DNA of 56,690 bases, taken from assembly GCA_033722095.1 (NCBI GenBank), contig JAWVZQ010000001.1, positions 1 to 56,690 of the forward strand, read 5' to 3'. The notes beneath the pieces were generated by a model. That model saw nothing but the letters and a program-made list of their open reading frames with translations. It ran no database searches and had not been told where the DNA came from. This stretch comes from Wenzhouxiangellaceae bacterium (lineage in GTDB: Bacteria > Pseudomonadota > Gammaproteobacteria > Xanthomonadales > Wenzhouxiangellaceae). Shown one piece after another: positions 8,957 to 26,072 of this stretch. How positions within the stretch are numbered: position 1 is the first letter of the stretch; each line of letters opens with the position of its first letter. The position numbers and the translations under genes are program-made.

Positions 8957-10951
8957 TCAACCCTTCAGCGGATGGCCGTCGGGCAGGGCGCCGGCGGCTT
9001 CCCCGTCGAGCGCGTCCACGGCGCGCGTTTCGTCGAGCCAGATGTACTCGTCGAACTGCTCGGGCAGCACGGTCTGGAAGTAGTGGCTGATGCGCTCGGT
9101 CTCGGGACGGTAGATGACGCCGATGGCGCGCTGGAGACGCGGGCTGGCCAGTTCCCGGCCCAGCGGGTCGCGCTTGGCGTCGGGCAGCCACAGCACGAAG
9201 TTCGCGGGCGCCCCTTCGTGGAAGACGGCCTCGTAGCTTTCCGGCAGCGATGGCCGCACCTTCTTGATCTCCATCGGTTCACCCCAGTTCGACGCGGCCG
9301 CTACCGTGCCGTGGTGCGTGCCGAAGCCGACCAGGCAGGCGGCATCACCGAACTCCTCGCGCGCGAGCTGGCCGATGTTGAGCTCGCCGCGCATGCCCAT
9401 CTCGGTCGCCCGGGCGTTTCCGACGTGACTGTTGTGCGCCCAGACCACGGCCCGCCCTCCGTCGCGGTGGGCGATGACCGATTGCAGCGTCTCGAACATG
9501 TGGCGGTCGCGCAGGTTCCAGGATTCCCGTGAGCCCAGGTACATGACGCGGTAATAGCGCTCTGCGTCCCGGATCAGGCGGGCGTTCTGCTCGGTGTCGA
9601 ACAGCGCCTCGCCGTCGTGCGCGCGGTAGTCGAGGCGGCTGCGCAGCAGATCGGAGAGCTCGGCGAGCACTTCGTCCTCGCAGTCGTCGCGCTGGCCCGT
9701 GACCGTGGCGCGTCCGTAGACGGCCGGATCCTTTTCCCAGGGCGAGAAGCAGCCGTAGCGCTGGCGCGCGCGAGCCGCCGCGGCCGGGTCCACTTCGTCG
9801 AGGTAGTCGAGCACGGCCTGGATGGAGTTGTAGAGGCTGTAGAGATCCAGGCCGTGCATACCGGCCCGGCGCGCCATCGGCCGTTCGGCATTGAACTCCC
9901 TGAGCCATTCGACGAACTCCAGCGTTTCGCGGTTGCGCCACATCCACTCGGGGAAGCGCGAGAACGGCGGCTCGGAGAGGTCCGGACCTTCCCATCCGCG
10001 CACGTGGCGGTCGAGCATGCTGACGTCGGGCCAGTCGCCCTCGATACCGACGATCGTGAATCCATGGTTCTCGATGAGCTCGCGCGTCAGGCGGGCGCGC
10101 ATCCGGTAGAACTCCGAGGTGCCGTGAGAGGCTTCGCCGATGAGTACCACGCGGGCCTTGCCCGCGCGCTCGGCCAGGGCGCCGAGGTCGGCCGAATCGG
10201 CGTCTTCGAAGGGTTCGCAGGCCTCGCCGACGCGCTTTCCGAGGTGGCGCCTGCGGATCGAGAAGGGCGGTTCGGGGGGTGCCGTGGGCTCGCGGCGCGC
10301 ACCGCTGCTCCAGCCCTCGCTGCCGACCAGCGGGACGAACTGCACGCGACCCAGCGATTCCTCGTCGTACTCGTGCTCGCCGGTCCTGCGGATGCGCAGC
10401 AACTCCTGGCTTCGCGTGCGGTCGCCGACGGGGATGACCATCGTGCCGCCGATCGCCAGCTGCTTCAGCAGCGTCGGCGGCGCATCGGGACCGCCGGCCG
10501 AGACCAGGATTCCATCGAACGGCGCCTGCTCTTCCCAGCCGCGCGTTCCGTCACCGTGCCGGACCTCGACGTTGTCGTAACCGAGTTCTTCCATGCGATC
10601 GGCGGCCAGTCCGGCCAGCGTCCCGTGGTATTCGACGGCGAACACCCGACCGGCCGTGCGGCCGAGCACGGCGGCCGCGTAACCGGAGCCGGCCCCGACC
10701 TCGAGCACCCGGTCGCCGGGCCCGAGATCCATGGCCTCGATCATGAGCGCGACGATGTAGGGCTGCGAGATGGTCTGGCCGTCCTCGATGGGCAACGGCC
10801 CGTCGCGGTAGCTGAGTTCGCGGTGACGCTCGGGCACGAAGACTTCGCGCGGAACGACACGCATCGCCTCGAGCACCCGCTCGTCGCGGATGCCGCGCTC
10901 GACGAGCTGGCGCTCCACCATCTCCTCGCGTTGCTTGCTGAAATCGCTCAT
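8957..10951 (-). CDS. pcm: Protein-L-isoaspartate O-methyltransferase fused to an erythromycin esterase (EreA/B-like) domain
   Basis: N-terminal GQTISQPYIVA, VLEVGAGSGY, APFDGI, VQFVPL (PIMT); C-terminal IGEASHGTSEFY, EGDWPD, WAHNSH, RAIGVIY, QFD (Ere family). Confidence 0.88.
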   Translation of the reverse strand: MSDFSKQREEMVERQLVERGIRDERVLEAMRVVPREVFVPERHRELSYRDGPLPIEDGQTISQPYIVALMIEAMDLGPGDRVLEVGAGSGYAAAVLGRTAGRVFAVEYHGTLAGLAADRMEELGYDNVEVRHGDGTRGWEEQAPFDGILVSAGGPDAPPTLLKQLAIGGTMVIPVGDRTRSQELLRIRRTGEHEYDEESLGRVQFVPLVGSEGWSSGARREPTAPPEPPFSIRRRHLGKRVGEACEPFEDADSADLGALAERAGKARVVLIGEASHGTSEFYRMRARLTRELIENHGFTIVGIEGDWPDVSMLDRHVRGWEGPDLSEPPFSRFPEWMWRNRETLEFVEWLREFNAERPMARRAGMHGLDLYSLYNSIQAVLDYLDEVDPAAAARARQRYGCFSPWEKDPAVYGRATVTGQRDDCEDEVLAELSDLLRSRLDYRAHDGEALFDTEQNARLIRDAERYYRVMYLGSRESWNLRDRHMFETLQSVIAHRDGGRAVVWAHNSHVGNARATEMGMRGELNIGQLAREEFGDAACLVGFGTHHGTVAAASNWGEPMEIKKVRPSLPESYEAVFHEGAPANFVLWLPDAKRDPLGRELASPRLQRAIGVIYRPETERISHYFQTVLPEQFDEYIWLDETRAVDALDGEAAGALPDGHPLKG

Positions 10952-12126
10952 CGGTTCCTCCCGGTCGGGCTCGGTTCATCGTCGGGTTTCACGGCGTCCG
11001 GACGCACGGGCTCGCCGAGCACACCGCCGGGCAGAAGCGCGGCGACGAGCATCGAGTCGTTGATGTCCGCGTGCTCGCGCCAGGCCTCCGTGTGCCGCGA
11101 CTCGGGCTCGCGCCAGAACGCGCACAGCCGCTCGCCCACCTCGGCGTTTTCGGTCAGCGCGGACAGCGGGCCGCGCCGGAGCAGGCGGTCGCCGGCTCGT
11201 GCGGCGGTCGCGCGGGCGGCGCTCAGGCCGAGTGCAAGGCCCAGTTCGCGGAACGCCAGCCTCGAATGCGCCGGCCTCTGCAGTTCGCCCGCCGAAAGCA
11301 CGTGCGCCAGACCGCTGGCCGCGGCCGAGAGCAGCGCCTCGATATCGGGGGTGTCGACATCCTCCGTCAACTGCCGGATCCGGAACAGCCGCCAGGCGTC
11401 GAGAAGGAGCCCGCCGATGCCCAGCGTGTCCGCGGTCGTCCAGTCGCGGCCGCGGCACATGTCTGCGTAGAGACCGGCCTGGCGGTCGAGGGCGCGCGCA
11501 ACGGATGCATCGCAATGGGCCGAGGCGCGCAGGCAAAGGCTCGTGACCCAGCCGTCGAGCGGATCGTGGTGACCCATGCTGGCCACCTGGGCCCGGTCGA
11601 GGTCCACGCTCGTCTTCCAGACCATTCGATGGCGGCCGGTCGCCGGGTCGGTCACCACGAATGCACGGCTCGCGGCCTCGGACAGTTCCACGGCCCAGCG
11701 GTGGTATCGCGCCTCGCCGGTCGCCTCGGCCACGCGCAGCAAAGCCTGCATCCAGCGCGTCAGGTAATGGAAGTACTGCCCGTCGCGCTCCCACTCCTCG
11801 CGCGGGTGCGGCGGCTCGCCGGGCGGACGCTCGAGGCCGGCCTTGCCGATGCGCAGTCCGTGGGCGGTGGGATGCCGTCGATGGCTCGACTCGTCGACGC
11901 CGCCGAGCCAGCCCTCCCTGGGATCGTCGTCCGCGTAGCTTCCGAGCACCTCGTGGACCTGATCGACGAGCGCCAGCGCGAGATCGAGATGGCGGCCGGG
12001 ACTTCCGGCTTCGCGTATCCGGCGATCCAGCTCCAGGTAATTGCAGACGGCGAAAGCATCGGTCCAGAGATAGCGGCGCGGATTCGCCGGGCCGAGCAGA
12101 CCCGTCCGCTCGGCGAACGCCTGCAT
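10948..12126 (-). CDS. Conserved hypothetical protein (RYLWTDAF / DGQYFHYLT motifs), possibly alpha/alpha-barrel
   Basis: 392 aa with GC3-biased coding; stop overlaps the pcm start (ATGA); aromatic-rich motifs suggest a conserved family. Confidence 0.7.
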   Translation of the reverse strand: MQAFAERTGLLGPANPRRYLWTDAFAVCNYLELDRRIREAGSPGRHLDLALALVDQVHEVLGSYADDDPREGWLGGVDESSHRRHPTAHGLRIGKAGLERPPGEPPHPREEWERDGQYFHYLTRWMQALLRVAEATGEARYHRWAVELSEAASRAFVVTDPATGRHRMVWKTSVDLDRAQVASMGHHDPLDGWVTSLCLRASAHCDASVARALDRQAGLYADMCRGRDWTTADTLGIGGLLLDAWRLFRIRQLTEDVDTPDIEALLSAAASGLAHVLSAGELQRPAHSRLAFRELGLALGLSAARATAARAGDRLLRRGPLSALTENAEVGERLCAFWREPESRHTEAWREHADINDSMLVAALLPGGVLGEPVRPDAVKPDDEPSPTGRNR

Positions 12127-12339
12127 GGTTTCCCGCGCGAATTCGGTCGCTTCTTCGTTCCGGATTCCTGGCTCCCCGGTCCCTGCGACCGGTTACGGAA
12201 TTTTCGTTCCATTCATCCTGCCCGACCGACCCCGCCCGATGCAAGCCGGATCCGGACTCGGCAGGGACGGCGGGGAGCGATGTGGTATTTTCCGGATTCG
12301 CGTCCGGCTCGAACCGGGGCGTGACAAGCGGAGATCGCC

Positions 12340-13440
12340 ATGGCGACGCAGGTCTACCTGGAAGCGAGTACGGGTCGCGGCCGACCGGCCCGACGCTTCG
12401 ACATCGAGACCTCTCCGGCCCTGATCGGCCGGGGCACGGATTGCGCCGTGCAGATCAACGAGCCTTCGATCTCGCGAAACCATGCCGAACTGCGCCGCGG
12501 CCACGACGGCGAATGGCTGCTGGCCGACCTCGAAAGCACGAACGGGAGCTGGCTCAACGGCGAGCGGGTGGTCGAGCCCGTGGCGCTCAGGGACGGCGAC
12601 GTCATCCACGTCGGCGACCAGGAGATGCGCTTCCGGACCGAGGACGTCGCCACGCGGGGCGGCCTCGACGAGCGCACGCAGATCGGCATCGAGGGCCTGC
12701 CGGGCGATTCGCGGATCCGCGTCAGGGAATTCCGCGAGCTGCTCGACGAGGAGCGTGTCGCCGGCTTCTGCCAGGCCGTGGTCACGCCGGACGGCAGGAC
12801 GCATGCCTACGAACTGCTGGGCCGCGGCGACCATCCGGATCTCGACGCCAGCCCCGGACCGCTGTTCGCGCTGGCCGCTTCGCTGGGTGAATCCGTGCGC
12901 TTCAGCGAAATCCTGCGTCGTCGATGCTTCCGGGATGCGGCTCGCGCAGGAATCCGATGTCCACTGTTCTTCAACACCCACCCCGAAGAGAATCGCGACC
13001 CGGACCGGCTGCTGGCCGAACTCAGGACCCTGCGCAAGCGATACGGGGACCTCGAGCTCGTCTTCGAGGTCCACGAATCCGCCGTCACGGACCTCGATGC
13101 CATGGCATCGATCCGGGCGGAGTTGAAGCGTCTCGGGATCGGCCTGGCCTACGACGACTTCGGGGCCGGCCAGGCGCGACTACAGGAGCTCATCGAGGTG
13201 CCACCCGACGTGCTGAAGTTCGATCTTGCGCTCGTGGTGGGAATCGAGGACCCGGATTCCCCGAAACGCCGGATGCTGGCGGGCCTGAACTCGATGATCC
13301 AGGAACTCGGTATCCGGACGCTGGCCGAGGGGATCGAGACCGAGGCACAGGCCGATGCCTGCCGTGAACTCGGCATCGACCTGCTGCAGGGGTTCTACTT
13401 CAGCAGACCGCGGCCGATCGCCGAAGTCGGTTCCGACTGA
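12340..13440 (+). CDS. FHA domain plus EAL c-di-GMP phosphodiesterase
   Basis: GGAG RBS; FHA motifs IGR, ISRNHA, DLESTNGSWLNG; EAL motifs ELL, FFN, EVHE, DDFGAG, KFD, AEGIE, QGFY. Confidence 0.9.
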   Translation: MATQVYLEASTGRGRPARRFDIETSPALIGRGTDCAVQINEPSISRNHAELRRGHDGEWLLADLESTNGSWLNGERVVEPVALRDGDVIHVGDQEMRFRTEDVATRGGLDERTQIGIEGLPGDSRIRVREFRELLDEERVAGFCQAVVTPDGRTHAYELLGRGDHPDLDASPGPLFALAASLGESVRFSEILRRRCFRDAARAGIRCPLFFNTHPEENRDPDRLLAELRTLRKRYGDLELVFEVHESAVTDLDAMASIRAELKRLGIGLAYDDFGAGQARLQELIEVPPDVLKFDLALVVGIEDPDSPKRRMLAGLNSMIQELGIRTLAEGIETEAQADACRELGIDLLQGFYFSRPRPIAEVGSD

Positions 13441-13443
13441 CCT

Positions 13444-15693
<2,250 letters not shown>

Positions 15694-15968
15694 TCGAACC
15701 TCCCGTCGTCCGACCCGGAGCATGCATCGCCCGGGCCGATTTTTCATTCTACGTCGTTCGTTCTACGGATTCGACCGCCGATCCGCGACGCCCGGATCGG
15801 CATGCGGGCTGCGCCGGTCCCTCCAGCCACCCCACTGCATTCCCACGGTTCCAGCATCGCCGATCGGCACTGAACATGCACTGAACGATATCGGGTCCGC
15901 GGGGGAGTGAATTCCGGGCGGAGGAAAGCGGCTATGCTAGCCGTTCGCCATACGGCCGAGTACGGAGC

Positions 15969-21832
<5,864 letters not shown>

Positions 21833-21946
21833 CAACGCTGACATAATGGGGCGCGACCAGTTCAAGGTGTATACTTGTGATGTTGGTCGCAAACCTGGCC
21901 GGAACTCGTGATGAGTTCCTCAGAAGACCGCCAAGGCGACCCGTGA

Positions 21947-23953
21947 ATGGAACAGTACCGCCCACGCTTTCAGCAATGGCTGTACGAACTCCGGAGAAGG
22001 CACGTCTTTCGTGTCCTCGGCGGGTACGTGGTCGCATTCTGGGTCCTTCTCCAGGTCGCCGACATCATCCTTCCCGCCGTCAACGCGCCGGCCTGGAGCA
22101 TGACGGTGCTGATCGCCGCCGGGCTGCTCGGCGTGCCCGTCGCGGCCGTTGCCAGCTACATCTGGGACCTCACACCGGAAGGCATACAGCGGACCGATGA
22201 CCACGACATCGATGCGCCGGTCCCCGAACTGCACCTGGCCCCGCGCTGGATCGACTACGTCATCATCGCCGCCCTGCTCGTCGTGCTGGCGATCGTCCTG
22301 CTGCGGCCCGATCCACCGCGAACCGGCGCCGTCGGCCAGAGCGTGGCGGTGCTTCCGTTCCGGGATCTCAGCCCGAGCCAGGACAGCCGCTACCTGGCCG
22401 ACGGCCTGGCCGAGTCCATCATGGACCGCCTGGCACGTGTACCCGGCGTCGTCGTCAGCGCCCGGACTTCGGCGTTCTCGTACCGCGACACCGACCTGGA
22501 TGCCCGCACGGTCGCGCAGGAGCTCGGCGTGGACACGCTGCTCGAGGGCAGCGTCCAGAAGGCCGGAGAGCGGCTGCGCGTGACCGCTCGACTCGTGGAC
22601 GGCGCCTCGGGCCGCCAGGTCTGGGGCGATCACTTCGATACGCGCGTCGAGGAAGTCTTCGAGATCCAGGACCGCATCGCCGAGTCGATCACGAGCATGA
22701 TGCAGGTGCAGGTGGGCAGCAGCGCCGAGACGGGCCTCGAGACCGACGATGCCGAAGCCTACGATCGATATCTGCGCGGGCGCAGCCTGCTGCGCCAGCG
22801 CGAGGACCTCGAGCAGATCGAAGCCGCGCTCGACCATTTCGAATCCGCACTGGAAGTCGATCCCGGCTTCGCGCTCGCCGCAGCCGGACGCTGCAGCGCG
22901 ATGTGGGAGCGCTACGAGCGCGTTCGCAGACTGGAGTACGCCGAGGCGGCGCTGGACTACTGCCGCGTCGTAGAAAGCAAGCACGGCCGCCGGGCGGAGA
23001 CGCAGATCGCGATGGCCAACCTTCGTCTCGGCACCGGTCAACCCCGCCTGGCCCGCGATGCCTTCCGGGAGGCACTCACCCGCGACCCGCACAACGCAGA
23101 GGCCCATGCCGGGCTGGCCGCGGCCCTGCGCGACCTCGGCGATCTGCCCGCCGCCGCCGAGGAACTCCGCGTCGCGATCAGTCTCGACCCGGCCTACTGG
23201 CGGCACCGCTGGCAGCTCGGCGTCGTCCACTTCCTCTCGGGACGCCACGACGAGGCCATCGCCGCGCTGGGCGAGGCGATCCGACTGAATCCCGAAGCCT
23301 CCGACCCCTTCGTCGCGCTCGGCGGCGTGCGTTTCATGCGCGGCGAATTCCTGCCGGCTGCCGATGCATTCGAAAAGGCGATCCGCATCGATCCCAACGA
23401 TGCGCGCGCCTTTTCCAATGCCGGCACCACGTACTTCTATCTCGGTGAACTCAGTCGCGCCGAGGCGATGTTCCGTCGCGCCACGGAACTGGTCGCGGCC
23501 GATTCGCGATGGACGGGTTTCCTGGCCTGGGCGATCCGGCTGCAGCCCGACCGCGACGGCGATGCCGAACCCTGGCACCGAGCGACGATCCGGACGTCCA
23601 CCGAACGCCTGGCCATCAACGAGAACGACGACGAGGCGCGTGCCGCGCTGGCCGTGCATCTCGCCGCGCTGGACTTCCAGACCGCCGCACGCGGCGCGCT
23701 TTCCAGCCTGCCCGCCATCGAGGAGCTCGCCGTCAACGCGATGATGATGGCCGGCTTCGCGCATTTCTATCTCGACGAACCCGAGCAGGCGGCCGCGATC
23801 TTCGAGACCGCGCTGGCGCGCGGTCTGCCGCCCTTCATGCTCTATCGCGACCCGCGCCTCAGGGACGCCTGGTCGCACCCCGCGTTCGCCCGGCTGCAGC
23901 AGCAGGTCCCGGCGCTGGCGCCCACATCCCCGACGGAAGGAGTACAACAATGA
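21947..23953 (+). CDS. Membrane-anchored TolB-N-like / TPR protein
   Basis: ELRRRHVFRV.. N-terminus with three TM segments; SVAVLPFRDLS...YLADGLAESI...ARTSAF module; multiple TPR-like repeats (AL..DP..A.A..G). Confidence 0.8.
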   Translation: MEQYRPRFQQWLYELRRRHVFRVLGGYVVAFWVLLQVADIILPAVNAPAWSMTVLIAAGLLGVPVAAVASYIWDLTPEGIQRTDDHDIDAPVPELHLAPRWIDYVIIAALLVVLAIVLLRPDPPRTGAVGQSVAVLPFRDLSPSQDSRYLADGLAESIMDRLARVPGVVVSARTSAFSYRDTDLDARTVAQELGVDTLLEGSVQKAGERLRVTARLVDGASGRQVWGDHFDTRVEEVFEIQDRIAESITSMMQVQVGSSAETGLETDDAEAYDRYLRGRSLLRQREDLEQIEAALDHFESALEVDPGFALAAAGRCSAMWERYERVRRLEYAEAALDYCRVVESKHGRRAETQIAMANLRLGTGQPRLARDAFREALTRDPHNAEAHAGLAAALRDLGDLPAAAEELRVAISLDPAYWRHRWQLGVVHFLSGRHDEAIAALGEAIRLNPEASDPFVALGGVRFMRGEFLPAADAFEKAIRIDPNDARAFSNAGTTYFYLGELSRAEAMFRRATELVAADSRWTGFLAWAIRLQPDRDGDAEPWHRATIRTSTERLAINENDDEARAALAVHLAALDFQTAARGALSSLPAIEELAVNAMMMAGFAHFYLDEPEQAAAIFETALARGLPPFMLYRDPRLRDAWSHPAFARLQQQVPALAPTSPTEGVQQ

Positions 23954-24372
23954 ACAACCCGTTGATCGCAGACACCGCCCGCATTGCGTTTCCCCTGCTG
24001 GCGGCCGCCATGCTGGTCTCGGCCTCCGAACCCGCTCGCGCTGCCTGCCAGCCGGGCTGCCTGATCGAGATCCACGTTCCCGGCGATCCCCAACGCCCGC
24101 CGGAGGCGCAACCGTCCACCGTGCGCGCGCAGCCCGGCGACGTCATCGACTTCGATGCCGATCGCGGCGTCGTGGTCGAGTTTCCCGAAGACACCCCGTT
24201 CGTCGGCGCCGGCGGGCAGCCCGTCCACGTGTTCACCGTCAACGGCCAGCGGCCGATGACCATCCGCGACGATGTCGCCGTCTGCCGGGAAGAGCCCGGC
24301 TGCAAGTACATCGTTCGCGATCCGTCCGACCCGGGCCGGCCGCCGCTGGATCCCTACATCATCGTCTACTGA
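23950..24372 (+). CDS. Small secreted Cys-containing hypothetical protein (paralog 1)
   Basis: ATGA overlap with the upstream stop, GGAG RBS; signal peptide; ends GCKYIVRDP...PLDPYIIVY. Confidence 0.8.
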   Translation: MNNPLIADTARIAFPLLAAAMLVSASEPARAACQPGCLIEIHVPGDPQRPPEAQPSTVRAQPGDVIDFDADRGVVVEFPEDTPFVGAGGQPVHVFTVNGQRPMTIRDDVAVCREEPGCKYIVRDPSDPGRPPLDPYIIVY

Positions 24373-24455
24373 CCCCTGATGGTCGCAGCCGGACTCCGAC
24401 CCCGGTCCGCCCGCGATGACTACACCTCTTCCCCCACGAACGAAGGAGCCTCCCC

Positions 24456-24881
24456 ATGAACGCACTTCGAATCGCAATGCTGATCACCGCATCCTCGCTC
24501 GCTCTGACGGGCTGCAAGACCATCGGGCTGGCCAAGCCGTTCACGAGTTGCACGGCGGATTGCACGGTCGGCATCGACCTTCCGGCCTCGAACGGAATGC
24601 CGCAGCAGCCCAATGCGACCATCCGCGTCAAGCCCGGCGTGAACGTCGAGTTCGATGTCTCCGGCGGTGGCGGCCAGGCCTGGATCGTCTTCACCGGCGA
24701 CACGCCGTTCGTCGACAACGCCGGCAACCCCGTCTACACGACCCGGTCCGGCGCGGCGAACGCACTGAAGGTGCGCAGCGACGGCCGGTCCTGCACGAAG
24801 GTGCCCGGTTGCAAGTACCTCGTGTTCGATCCCAACGACGCGAAACGCCCGGTCCTGGACCCGTACATCATCATCTACTGA
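24456..24881 (+). CDS. Small lipoprotein, hypothetical (paralog 2)
   Basis: AAGGAG RBS; lipobox LTGC; ends GCKYLVFDP...VLDPYIIIY. Confidence 0.82.
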   Translation: MNALRIAMLITASSLALTGCKTIGLAKPFTSCTADCTVGIDLPASNGMPQQPNATIRVKPGVNVEFDVSGGGGQAWIVFTGDTPFVDNAGNPVYTTRSGAANALKVRSDGRSCTKVPGCKYLVFDPNDAKRPVLDPYIIIY

Positions 24882-24893
24882 GTATCGGGGAAC

Positions 24894-24923
24894 GACGCCG
24901 GCCGGCCCGGCCGGTCCGGCGTC
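24894..24923. terminator. GC-rich hairpin between convergent genes
   Basis: gacgccgg...ccggcgtc stem with inner ccggc/gccgg pairing; no U-tract. Confidence 0.35.
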
Positions 24924-26007
24924 ATCGACCGCGGTAGTGATCGACCTCGTCGTCGGCCAGGGCCGCGTTCTCGAACTGCACTTCCAACGTGAAGATCATG
25001 CGCAGGTCGGAGCGGCGGCGGCCGGTCTGCTGATCGACGGGCCAGGCGTACTCGGGCTGGATCTCGTAGAACAGCCAGCTTCGAAGGAACGATCGTCGGA
25101 ACCGGAAGTTGACGAAATATTCCTCGGCATCGAAGCCGGGGCGGGAAAACCCGAAGGCACCGATCTCGCTGCGGATCGCGGTCTCCCGATTCAGCTGCCG
25201 GAATCCGATCAGCCCGGTGCGCCAGTCCATGCCGTCGATGTTCTCCGCCCAGGTTCCGCGCGCCGTCAGGCGCACCAGCGCGAGTCGGCTCGGCAACCAC
25301 TCCCAGTCGGCGCGCGACGTGGTGCCGTAGCCGTCGTCGCGTTCCCAGAACACCGTCTGCGTCAGGCGCGCCAGGGTCTTGTCGGTCAGTCCCCGCGTGT
25401 GCCGCGCGCGACCCTGGACACGCGGATTGAGCCCGTCCGAGGCGACCTTCACGGTGCCGTCCACGTCGAACTGCGTGCGTCCCATCTCCGAGAGCAGGAA
25501 GCGAAGCCCGAGTCGGGTCTTGTCATCGCCGGGGCCCCGGCGCTCACCGAGGTCGGCCTCGCCGTCGCCGCCGTCGTCGCGGCTCACGAGCAGACGGACC
25601 CGGTCCGAGATTCGCGGCAGCGAGATGTTGGCCGATACCGAGATCTCGTGGCCGAAGTCCTCGGTCTGGTCCCAGCGAACCGAATTGCGGACGCGGAAGA
25701 AACTGCCGACCGGCGTCTCTTCGTCGGCGCGCTCGCCACCGAAGAACCCATCGAACCAGGCCGCGGGCTCGCAGAGGCGCTCGCTGAGATAGGAGTGGGT
25801 ACGGTCCAGCCAGCTTTCGGGGCGCCCCTGCTCGTCGCGGCAGGACTCCCGGATCACTTCGCGCACCAGGTCCTCGCGATGGTCTTCCGCGGCCTCCTCG
25901 GACACGGATTCGCTCGCCGCGTCCCGAGACGCGGAAGGGGGTTCATCGGCCGCGCCCGCCGGGGGGATGACGGCCAGGGCCAGCAACAGGCAGGCGAAGC
26001 GGTTCAC
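24922..26007 (-). CDS. Exported hypothetical protein, probable outer-membrane beta-barrel
   Basis: GTG start giving signal peptide (M)NRFACLLLALAVIPPAGA; WFDGFFG motif; amphipathic beta-strand pattern ending MIFTLEVQF. Confidence 0.65.
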   Translation of the reverse strand: MNRFACLLLALAVIPPAGAADEPPSASRDAASESVSEEAAEDHREDLVREVIRESCRDEQGRPESWLDRTHSYLSERLCEPAAWFDGFFGGERADEETPVGSFFRVRNSVRWDQTEDFGHEISVSANISLPRISDRVRLLVSRDDGGDGEADLGERRGPGDDKTRLGLRFLLSEMGRTQFDVDGTVKVASDGLNPRVQGRARHTRGLTDKTLARLTQTVFWERDDGYGTTSRADWEWLPSRLALVRLTARGTWAENIDGMDWRTGLIGFRQLNRETAIRSEIGAFGFSRPGFDAEEYFVNFRFRRSFLRSWLFYEIQPEYAWPVDQQTGRRRSDLRMIFTLEVQFENAALADDEVDHYRGR

Positions 26008-26072
26008 GCCACTAGGATAGCGCGAAGCCGGCGCTGCGGGCGCGCGCCGCCGGGCGGCGCGCGACACGACGA

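Noticed and set aside
8957-10250. Macrolide resistance gene (ere)
   Set aside because: Ere-like domain in a chromosomal fusion with no mobile context; family membership does not imply resistance.
21853-21890. Imperfect inverted repeat gcgacca...tggtcgc after gltD
   Set aside because: Short stem with a long loop and no U-tract; cannot distinguish terminator, operator or chance.
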